Assembly: GCA_963843845.1 (NCBI GenBank)
Contig: CAWJMB010000002.1
Span: 864,001 to 928,000 of the forward strand
Source of the DNA: an uncultured Gemmatimonadaceae bacterium
Lineage (GTDB): Bacteria > Gemmatimonadota > Gemmatimonadetes > Gemmatimonadales > Gemmatimonadaceae
Reading direction: 5' to 3'
DNA: 64,000 bases
Made by a program: the position numbers and the translations under genes. Position 1 is the stretch's first letter. Each line of letters begins with the position of its first letter. Of this stretch, positions 1-8,265 are shown one piece after another. The notes under the pieces are model-generated. The model was not told the origin of the DNA. It was given only the letters and a program-made list of their open reading frames with translations, and did not search any database.

Positions 1-241
1 CCGTCACGACCGTCACGACCGGAGCGTCGCTCGTTGTGCCGGCCGCGTTCACCTGAGGGCGCGGTGTGCTAGCTTGCCGATCGGCCGCCCCACCTCACGA
101 GCCGCCTGCCCCGTCTTCCGATGCTGTGTGCCGTCCGGCCTCCCCGTACCACCTTCACCCCGGTCGTCGATCGCTGGGGAGTGTGCTGCGCCGAGCGACC
201 GTCCAGGTGAGCTGAGGTCGTCGGGTCGACGTACCGTGTCC

Positions 242-1401
242 ATGCCGCCGACCACCCCGCCGCCGGACGACACCGGGGTCAGGCGCTGGCGCCGCGTGCG
301 CGAGCTGTTCGACGCCGCTCTCGACCTCGCCGGGACGGCGCGCGACGCGTGGCTGACGACGGCGATGGCGAGCGACCCGCCGTCGGTGGCGACCGAGGTG
401 CGCGCGATGCTCGCAGCCGACGCCGGGCCCGCACCGCTGCTCGACTCGACGCCCACGGCGCTGTTCGCTGGGGCGCCGCGCGCGGCCGAGGTCGCGCCGG
501 GCGACCCGATCGCGCTGCTCCCGCAGCGCGCCCCCGCGGCCGGCTCGCGCGTGGGGCCGTACCTCCTCGACCGCGAGGTGGGGCGTGGCGGCATGGGCGC
601 CGTCTGGTCGGCGCGGCGCGCCGACGTCGCGGCCGACGGAGCGGACGCCGAGGCGCCCGACGTCGCCGTGAAGCTGCTCGCGGTATCCGGCGGCCCGCTG
701 CGCGCGGCGGAGCGCTTCGCCCGGGAGGCGCGCCTCGGGACGCGCCTCGCCCACCCGCATCTCGTGCCGGTGCTGGACGCGGGGGTCACCGCCGACGGTG
801 TGCCGTGGTTCGCCATGCCCTTCGTTCGCGGCGAGACGCTCCACGCGCGCATGGCGCGGGCGGGGCGTCTCACCGCGCGCGACGCGCTCCGCCTGACCAC
901 GCAGCTCGCCGACGCGCTCGCCCACGCGCACGCGCAGGGCGTGGTGCACCGCGACGTGAAGCCGGGAAACGTCATCGTCGACGCCGCCGGGGACGCGCAC
1001 CTCGTCGACTTCGGCATCGCGCGGGCGCTCGACGCGGCGGATCCGGAGGGGGCCCTGACGCTCACCGGCACGGTCGTCGGCAGTCCGCGCTACCTCTCGC
1101 CGGAGCGCGCCGGCGGCGCGCCGCCGGACGGCCGCGACGACGTCTGGGCCCTCGGCTGCATCCTCTACGAACTGCTCACGGGCGTGCCGCCGTATCGCGG
1201 CGCGGCGCACGCGCGGCTGCTCGCCGGCCGGCCGGCGCCCCCCCTGCGCCGCTCCGCGACACGTGTCCCGACGTGCCGGAGGGGGCGCTGGCGGCGGCGC
1301 TGGCGGCGGCGCTCGCCCCGGTGCGCTCGGATCGGGCCGACGCCGCGACGCTCGCGCGCGCGCTGCAGGCCGTCCGGTCGACGCACGACGCGCTGCGATG
1401 A
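242..1401 (+). CDS. Ser/Thr protein kinase, cytoplasmic; one apparent frameshift near 1240
   Basis: GRGGMG, VAVK, HRDVKPGN, DFG, YLSPE and DVWALG motifs. The C-terminus continues in another frame after a C run at ~1238-1244, and its TGA overlaps the next ATG (ATGA 1398-1401). Confidence 0.9.
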
Positions 1402-1991
1402 CCGGCGCGACCCACGACCACGACGGTGACGTCACGCGCCTGCTGCGCCTCGCTCGGGGCGGGGACGGTGAGGCGTTCGAGCGCGCGTTCGCGGCCGTCT
1501 ACGGCGAGCTGCGTCGGCTCGCGTCGATGGTGCGGCAGGGACGCGCCGGCGAGACGCTCACCGCGACCGCGCTCGTGCACGAGGCGTATCTGCGGCTGAT
1601 GCCGTCGGCCGCATCCGACTGGGAGGGGCGCCGCCACTTCCTGCGCGTGGCGGCGCGCGCGATGCGCCAGGTGCTCGCCCATGCCGCCCGCGACCGGCTC
1701 GCCGGCAAGCGCGGCGGCGGGGCGGTCGCGCTCACGCTCGACGACGCCCTCCGCGGCACCCCGGCGCCCGTGCGCGCCGAGGAGATCGTCGCGCTCGACG
1801 AGGCGCTGGAGCGGCTCGGTGCGCTCGACCCGCGGCAGGCGCGGGTCGTCGAGCTCCGCTGGATCGTGGGGCTGACGGCGCCGGAGACGGCGGACGCCCT
1901 CGGCGTCTCCACACCGACCGTGGAGCGCGACTGGCGCGCCGCCCGCGCCTGGCTGACCGTGCAGCTGGCCGACGCCGCGCCTAACGCGTGA
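1398..1991 (+). CDS. ECF sigma factor, kinase-associated type (TIGR02999-like)
   Basis: VYGELRRLA, TLTATALVHEAYLRL, AARAMRQVL and sigma4 LDPRQARVVELR...TVERDWRAARAWL. Confidence 0.92.
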   Translation: MTGATHDHDGDVTRLLRLARGGDGEAFERAFAAVYGELRRLASMVRQGRAGETLTATALVHEAYLRLMPSAASDWEGRRHFLRVAARAMRQVLAHAARDRLAGKRGGGAVALTLDDALRGTPAPVRAEEIVALDEALERLGALDPRQARVVELRWIVGLTAPETADALGVSTPTVERDWRAARAWLTVQLADAAPNA

Positions 1992-4689
1992 GGCTGTCGC
2001 GCAGGGCGCCGGCGGCGAGGGCAGCGGCGCCGCCCGGGCCCTGCACGCGGCGCAGGCGGTCGAGAGCGGAGTCGGCGAGGGTCAGCGCCTCGCCGCGGGC
2101 GCCGGCGGCGGCGCGAACGCGCGCGAGGGCGAGCTGCAGGTGGGCGGGCTCCGCGTGGTCGGGGCCCACGTGCGCGGCGGCGCGGCGGAGTGCGTCGCGG
2201 AGCACCGAGTCCGCCTCCGCCGCGCGGCCCTGCGCGGCGACGGCCGTGCCCAACGCGCGGAGCGTCTCCAGCTCGGCGCCCGCGAACTCGCGCGTGCGCC
2301 ATGCCGCGAGCGCCTCGCGCAGCCGCGCCTCCGCGCCGGCCGCGTCGCCACGTGCCGACGCGAGCTGGCCGGCGAGGCGCAGCGACTCGGCGCGCGGCCC
2401 GGTGCTTCCGGTCGCTGTCCCGTCGGCGCGCGCCCGGAGCTCGGCCTCGACGAGCGGCGCGGCGTCGGCGGGGCGTCCCTGCGCGAGCAGCGCCTCGGCG
2501 AGCGAGCGCCTCGCCAGCGCCACGCGGACGTTCGCGGCGCCGTAGAGCGCGACCTTCTCGTCGAGCACCGTGCGGAGCATCCGCTCGGCGTCTGCCGCGC
2601 GCCCCTGCACGAGCCGCGCGCGCCCCAGGCTCTCGAGCGCATCGAGGTAGCTCGCGCTGTGCTCGCCGGCCGCGGCGCGCTGCACGGGCATCACCTGCAC
2701 CGCGAGCGACTCCGCGCCGGCGCCGTCGCCGCGGAGCACGCGCGCGACCGCCTGGCTCTGCGTCGTCGCGACGTCGAGGCGCGCGTTCTTGCCGCTCGCC
2801 CGCGCCATGCGCTCGCGCAGCGCGGCGTACGCCGACTCGGTCGGCACGTCCCAGTGCAGCGCCGCCGCGTGGTTGAGCCACATGCGCTCGGCGTAGTTCA
2901 CGGTGTCGTCGCCGCCCGGGTAGGCGGCGCGGATCGAGTCCAGCCCGGCGAGCAGCAGGCGATCGCCTTCGGTCTCGCGGCCGTCGTCCGCGAGGACGCG
3001 GCCGATCCAGACGAGCGACAGCGCGCGCACCTCGCGGTCTTCGGCGAGCCGGCGCGGCGCGACGGCGAGGGCGCGCCGGAAGCGCGCGAGCGCGCCGTCG
3101 AGATCTCCCACGGTCGACGCGGTGATGCCGGCCTCGCGGTAGGCGTAGCCCGCCATCCCCTGCGTGTACTCGCCGGGGCTCCGCACGTAGTACGCGGCCG
3201 CGCTGTCCTCGTGCATGAGCGCGGCCTGCAGCGCGCCCCGCCCGTGCAGCGCGCGCCCGATCGTCATGTCGAGCATGCCGCGCGCGACCGGGTCGATCTT
3301 CGCCCAGGTCGGGGAGCGGAGGCGGGCGGACGCGCTGTCGAGGAGATCGCGCGCGGTCGTGACGCCGAGCGACAGGCGCATCGACGGGTCGGTCGACGTC
3401 ACGACGTCGCGGAGGAAGCGCTGCACGTCGGTCGCCCGGCTGGCTTCCTGCCGCGCCCGCGCCGCGCTGCTGTCGGCGCGCTCGCGCTGGCGCTCGGCCA
3501 GCGTGCGCTGCGAGTCGGCGCCGAGGCGGGCGAGGCGCTCGCGGGCGACGGCCGCGTCGGCGCGGGCGCGCGCGGCGTCGGCGGCGCGGCGCTGCGACTC
3601 GGCCTGCGCGAGCGCGGCGACCGCGGTGGCGCGCTCCGACTCCGCGACCCGCTGCGCGCGGCTCGCGCGGACGGCCTGCGAGCTGCTCGCGACGGTGCCC
3701 GCGACGAGCGCGGCGACGGCGACGACCGACGCGGCGACGAGGGCGCGGTTGCGCCGCGCGAACTTGCGGAGCTGGTAGACCGCGCTCGGCGGGCGGGCGG
3801 CGATCGGCTCGTTCGCGAGATAGCGCCGCACGTCGGCGGCGAGCGCCTGGGCGGAGTCGTAGCGCCGCTCCTTCTCCTTCGCGAGCGCCTTCGCGCCGAT
3901 CGTCTCCAGATCGCCGCGCAGCGCCGGCGCCGCGGTGCCCAACGGCGCCGGCTCCTCCGAGAGGATCACACGCAGCGCATCCGGCAAGCTGCGGCGGTGC
4001 AGCGCGAGCGGCAGCCGGCCGGTGAGCAGCTCGTAGAGCACGACGCCCAACGCGTAGACGTCGCTGCGCACGTCGAGCTCCAGCGGGTCGCCGGCGACCT
4101 GCTCGGGGCTCATGTAGGGGAGGGAGCCGAGCACCTGGCCGAACTCCGTGGCGATCGTGTCGCGCCGGTCGATGCTGGCGAGGCGGGCGACGCCGAAGTC
4201 GAGCACCTTCGGCCGTCCCGCGGCGTCGACGAGGATGTTGCCGGGCTTGAGGTCGCGGTGAATGACGCCGCGCTGGTGGGCGTAGTGCACCGCGTCGCAG
4301 ATCTCGATGAACAGGCGCAGGCGGTCGCGCACGGCGGCGCGGGCGAGCGGGTGCTCGGTGACCGGCACGCCCTCGACGTACTCCATCGCGATGTACGGCG
4401 CCGGGCCGCCCGGCCCGTCGGCGGTCCCCGCCTGGTAGATCTGCGCGATGGCCGGGTGTTGCAGCCGGCCGAGCACCTCCGCCTCCCGGTCGAAGCGCCG
4501 GAGGAGCTCGGGGGTCGCCAGGTCGCTCCGGATGACCTTGAGCGCGACGGCGCGGTGCGGGGCGTCCTGCTCGGCGAGGTACACGGTGCCCATCCCCCCT
4601 TCGCCGAGCACGCGCGCGACGCGGTAGGGTCCGATGCGAGCGGGGAGCGAGCGCTCCGGCGTGGCTGGGGGGAGGACGACGTGAGACAT
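1981..4689 (-). CDS. Membrane Ser/Thr kinase with coiled coil and TPR-like repeats
   Basis: GEGGMG, HRDLKPGN, DFG, YMSPEQ; hydrophobic segment ALVAASVVAVAALVAG; helical TPR-like C-terminus. Confidence 0.92.
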   Translation of the reverse strand: MSHVVLPPATPERSLPARIGPYRVARVLGEGGMGTVYLAEQDAPHRAVALKVIRSDLATPELLRRFDREAEVLGRLQHPAIAQIYQAGTADGPGGPAPYIAMEYVEGVPVTEHPLARAAVRDRLRLFIEICDAVHYAHQRGVIHRDLKPGNILVDAAGRPKVLDFGVARLASIDRRDTIATEFGQVLGSLPYMSPEQVAGDPLELDVRSDVYALGVVLYELLTGRLPLALHRRSLPDALRVILSEEPAPLGTAAPALRGDLETIGAKALAKEKERRYDSAQALAADVRRYLANEPIAARPPSAVYQLRKFARRNRALVAASVVAVAALVAGTVASSSQAVRASRAQRVAESERATAVAALAQAESQRRAADAARARADAAVARERLARLGADSQRTLAERQRERADSSAARARQEASRATDVQRFLRDVVTSTDPSMRLSLGVTTARDLLDSASARLRSPTWAKIDPVARGMLDMTIGRALHGRGALQAALMHEDSAAAYYVRSPGEYTQGMAGYAYREAGITASTVGDLDGALARFRRALAVAPRRLAEDREVRALSLVWIGRVLADDGRETEGDRLLLAGLDSIRAAYPGGDDTVNYAERMWLNHAAALHWDVPTESAYAALRERMARASGKNARLDVATTQSQAVARVLRGDGAGAESLAVQVMPVQRAAAGEHSASYLDALESLGRARLVQGRAADAERMLRTVLDEKVALYGAANVRVALARRSLAEALLAQGRPADAAPLVEAELRARADGTATGSTGPRAESLRLAGQLASARGDAAGAEARLREALAAWRTREFAGAELETLRALGTAVAAQGRAAEADSVLRDALRRAAAHVGPDHAEPAHLQLALARVRAAAGARGEALTLADSALDRLRRVQGPGGAAALAAGALRDSLTR

Positions 4690-4902
4690 GAGCGGCACGA
4701 GGCGGACGTCGCGGCGGGCCGACCGAGCGGTCCGCGCGCCGCGGAACGTAGTCGCCGCCCCGACGCTCGCCAGACGCGCGCCGATGATGGGTCTCGGCCG
4801 AGTTCCGGCTATGGACAGCTGTCGCCGGGTCGGAAGGCCGCGCGCGATGCGTCCGCCACGACGGTCGGCGCCACGTCGGATCACTTCATCGAGAGAGGCT
4901 CC

Positions 4903-5067
4903 ATGAGCGACCAGCAGAAGACCTCGACCCCGCAGCCCGCCGCCAAGCCCGATGCGTCGGCGCAGGAAAAGCGCCCGCAGAGCGAGCAGGGCCAGCAGGA
5001 CGACGACCAGACCCTCGGCGCCGAGACGCTCGAGGAACGCATCGCGCCGGCGAAGTTCGCCTTCTAA
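4903..5067 (+). CDS. 54-aa peptide, putative precursor (acidic leader, LEERIAP motif, AKFAF tail)
   Basis: GAGAGG RBS before ATG 4903, GC3-rich codons, TAA stop, downstream hairpin; heads the HlyD/M50 genes. Confidence 0.8.
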   Translation: MSDQQKTSTPQPAAKPDASAQEKRPQSEQGQQDDDQTLGAETLEERIAPAKFAF

Positions 5068-5085
5068 GGCTACGCACCTGAGGAC

Positions 5086-5120
5086 GGGCGCCCGGCCGCG
5101 AAACGCGCGGCCGGGTGTCC
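5086..5120 (+). terminator. 15-bp stem-loop after the peptide gene (no U tract; terminator or stabiliser)
   Basis: GGGCGCCCGGCCGCG-AAACG-CGCGGCCGGGTGTCC, with two G-U pairs. Confidence 0.6.
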
Positions 5121-5284
5121 GCGCCAGGTGGCTCGGGCGCTTCGCGCCCGCCTCCACCCGTTAGGCGCGTGGCGAGCGAGGCGCGCGGCGGCCGACGCGC
5201 CGCGCGCCCTGAGCACGAGAGCGCCGGCCGGGTCGCACCGTCCAGCCGACCGCCCACGCTTCCCACCAGCCGGACTCTCCCACC

Positions 5285-7180
5285 GTGTCGCACGTAGACT
5301 CCAGCGTCAACGGGCACGCCTCCGCCGCCTCGGCCACCATGGCGCCGCCGGGCGGCGCGTCGCCGGCCGCCGCCGAGCGGGGCGAACGCCTCGTCGCCGC
5401 CGCGCTCGCGCTGCTCTCGCTCGACGACGCGGCCGCGATCCGCCAGCGCGCGCTCGACGACGCGGCCGCGCTGCTCCGCGCCGACGCGGGCTCCTTCTGG
5501 CCCGCCGAGGGCGGGCTGCTGGAGCGCGGGATCGCCTTCGGGAGCGGCGAGCCGCCGGTCGCGGACGTCGTGCCGGTGCGCGCGGTCGAGGCGTTGGGCG
5601 TCGGCGACCACGAGACCTCGGTGGCGGTGGCCCTCGTCGGGACGCGGGCGGCGGCGCGCGGCGCGCTCCGCCTCTGTCGGCGGCTCGACGGAGCCCCGCC
5701 GTTCGACGCCGGCGAGCGCGAGGCGCTCGGCCGGCTCGCGTCGCTCGTCGACGCCGCGCTCGACGCGGCCGCCCGCCACGCGCTCGACGCCGCGCGCGGC
5801 CGCAGCCTGGCGCTCGTCGCCGAGATGAGCCGCGAGGTCACCGCCACGCTCGACCTCGACCGCGTGCTGCGCGCCACCGTGAACCTCGCCGCGCGCGCGC
5901 TCACCTTCGACCGCGGCGCCCTCGCGCTCTACGAGGACGGCACGTGCGACGTGCGCGCGGTCGCCGGCGCGGACACCGTGGACCGCGCCGAGCCCGCGCT
6001 GCAGGACCTCGCCGCGCGCGCCGCGTGGGCCGCAGGCGTCGGCGACGCGCTCTACGTCTCCGACCGCGACGACCCCGGCTCCGACGCCGAGCGGATCTTC
6101 CTCCAGTTCTTCTCCGGGGACCTGGAGCACGACGGCGTGCGCAGCGCCCTCTACGTTCCGCTCCGCGATGAGGAAGGGATCGTCGGCGTGCTCGTCCTCG
6201 AGGCGGCGGCCCCGGACTTCGCCGGCCCCGCGCAGCGCGAGGTCGTCACCATCCTCGCCAACCAGGCGACCGTCGCCATCCGGAACGCGCGCCTCTACAG
6301 CCAGGTGCCGCTCGCCGGCGTGCTCGGCGCCATCGGCGACACGCGCCAGGCGCTGCGCGCGGTGCCGCGGCAGCGGCGGCTCGCCGTCGGCGCGATCGTC
6401 GTCGCCGCCCTCGCCGGGCTCACGCTGATCCGCTGGCCGCTGCGCGTCGACGCCGAAGCGCCGGTGCTCCGCGCGGGGACGCGCGCCGACGTCCGCCCGC
6501 TCGTCGGCGGCGTGGTGGAGCGCGTGTTCGTGCCGGCCGGCGCGCCCGTCGAGCGCGGCGCGCCGCTCCTCCAGCTCGCCGACGGCGAGCTCCGCGCGCA
6601 GCGAGACGCGCTGCTCGCCGACGTCGGGAGCGCCGACCGCGAGGCCGCGGTGGCCGCCGCGCGCGGCGACGCCGCGGGGGCGCGCGACGCCGGCGAGCGG
6701 GCCGCGGAGCGCCGCGCCGATGCCGCGCTGCTCGACGAGCAGCTCCGCGGCACCGTCGTCCGCGCGCCCGTCGACGGCGTCGTGCTCACCGACGCGCCGG
6801 AGGAGCGGCTCGGCATCTACGCGGCGCCGGGCGCGCTGCTGCTCCAGGTCGGGCGGCTCGACACGCTGGAGCTCGAGTTCACCGTGTCGCAGCGCGACGT
6901 CGCGCGCGTCGAGCCGGGCGACGTCGTTCGCCTGCGCGTCGACGCGCTGCCACAGCGCACCTTCGAGGGGCGCGTCACCGCGCTCGGCCCCGCGGCCCCC
7001 GACTCGACGGCACCGGGGCTCTTCCCGGTGCGCGCCGTGGTGCCGAACGCCGACGCGCTGCTCCGGCCGGGGATGCTCCCCGCCGCGCGCGTGCTCACCC
7101 GCCCCGCCTCGACCGCCGAGCGGCTTCTCCGCTCGCCGTCGCGCTGGGCCCGCATGTTCTGGTGGAGGATCTCGACATGA
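5285..7180 (+). CDS. GAF-GAF-TM-HlyD family membrane fusion protein
   Basis: GAF motifs (LDLDRVLRATV, SALYVPLRDEEGIVGVLVLE, LANQATVAIRNARLY), one TM helix, HlyD motifs (VRAPVDGVV, LRPGM); alternative start ATG 5339. Confidence 0.88.
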   Translation: MSHVDSSVNGHASAASATMAPPGGASPAAAERGERLVAAALALLSLDDAAAIRQRALDDAAALLRADAGSFWPAEGGLLERGIAFGSGEPPVADVVPVRAVEALGVGDHETSVAVALVGTRAAARGALRLCRRLDGAPPFDAGEREALGRLASLVDAALDAAARHALDAARGRSLALVAEMSREVTATLDLDRVLRATVNLAARALTFDRGALALYEDGTCDVRAVAGADTVDRAEPALQDLAARAAWAAGVGDALYVSDRDDPGSDAERIFLQFFSGDLEHDGVRSALYVPLRDEEGIVGVLVLEAAAPDFAGPAQREVVTILANQATVAIRNARLYSQVPLAGVLGAIGDTRQALRAVPRQRRLAVGAIVVAALAGLTLIRWPLRVDAEAPVLRAGTRADVRPLVGGVVERVFVPAGAPVERGAPLLQLADGELRAQRDALLADVGSADREAAVAAARGDAAGARDAGERAAERRADAALLDEQLRGTVVRAPVDGVVLTDAPEERLGIYAAPGALLLQVGRLDTLELEFTVSQRDVARVEPGDVVRLRVDALPQRTFEGRVTALGPAAPDSTAPGLFPVRAVVPNADALLRPGMLPAARVLTRPASTAERLLRSPSRWARMFWWRIST

Positions 7181-8265
7181 CGCACGACCGACGACTGCGC
7201 GCGTCCGAAGCGGCGGTCGCGCTCGCCCTCACGCTCGGCGCGGCCTGCACGCGCGACGGCGCGGCGGCCGAGACGAGGGCGAAGGGGAGCGCGGCGACGC
7301 CGGCCCCGTCCGCGCCGCGCGCCGCGGCCGTCGCGCCGGGGGGCCAGACCGCGGTCGTCGACTCCGCGTCGCTCACCGGACCGCTCGTGCTCCCGGCGCA
7401 GCTCTACGTCGAGCGCGACGCGGCGGTCGCCGCCCGCACGGCCGGCACGCTCCAGGCCCTGCCGGTGGACCTCGGCAGCGAGGTCGCCGCGGGCGCGACG
7501 TTGGCGCGGCTGGAGAGCGCTGGGCAGGAGCTGGCGGTGGCGCACGCCTCGGCCGCCGAGGAGGCGACGCGCCGCACGCTCGACCGGCTGCGTGCGCTGT
7601 TCGCCGCGCGCGGCGCGACGTCGGCCGAGGTGGAGCAGGGGGAGCTCGCGGCGCGGCAGGCGGACGTCGAGCTGCGCGAGGCGCGCCGCCAGCTCGCGCT
7701 GACCCGCGTCACCGCGCCGTTCGGCGGGCTCGTCACGGCGCGCTACGCCCGCCCCGGTCAGCTCGTCGCGGCCGGCGACACGCTGCTGCGCATCGCCGAG
7801 CGCGGGCCGCTGCTGGCGCGCGTGCGCGTGCCCGAGGCGGCGGCCGAGCTGCGTCCCGGCGACGGCGCGACGGTCGTCGGGCTCCGCGGCGTCGTCTCGG
7901 CGGCGCGCGTGACGCGGCTCGCGCCGGCGATCGACCCGGCGAGCGGCACGCGCGAGGCGGTCGTGCAGCTCGCCGGCGGCGCGGGGCTGCTCCCGGGCGC
8001 GAGCGTGCAGGTGCGGCTCGGCCGGCAGGACCGCCGCGTGCTCGCGGTGCCGGCGAGCGCGGTGCGCCCCGGCGGGTGGGTGCTCGTCGTCGACGGCGGC
8101 CGCGCGGTGCTGCGCTCGGTCGCGCTCGGCGACTCCCTCTCCGGCGGGCTCGTCGAGGTGATCCGCGGGCTCTCGGCGGGGGAGCGCGTCGCCACGAGCG
8201 CGGGCGGCGGCGGCGCCGCCGGGGCCGCGGCCGCATCGCCCGCGTCGCGGAGCGGCGTGCGGTGA
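7177..8265 (+). CDS. RND/HlyD periplasmic adaptor, lipoprotein
   Basis: GGAGG RBS, ATGA overlap, lipobox LGAAC, TRVTAPFGGLV, IDPASGT, LLPG, GLSAGERV. Confidence 0.9.
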   Translation: MTHDRRLRASEAAVALALTLGAACTRDGAAAETRAKGSAATPAPSAPRAAAVAPGGQTAVVDSASLTGPLVLPAQLYVERDAAVAARTAGTLQALPVDLGSEVAAGATLARLESAGQELAVAHASAAEEATRRTLDRLRALFAARGATSAEVEQGELAARQADVELREARRQLALTRVTAPFGGLVTARYARPGQLVAAGDTLLRIAERGPLLARVRVPEAAAELRPGDGATVVGLRGVVSAARVTRLAPAIDPASGTREAVVQLAGGAGLLPGASVQVRLGRQDRRVLAVPASAVRPGGWVLVVDGGRAVLRSVALGDSLSGGLVEVIRGLSAGERVATSAGGGGAAGAAAASPASRSGVR

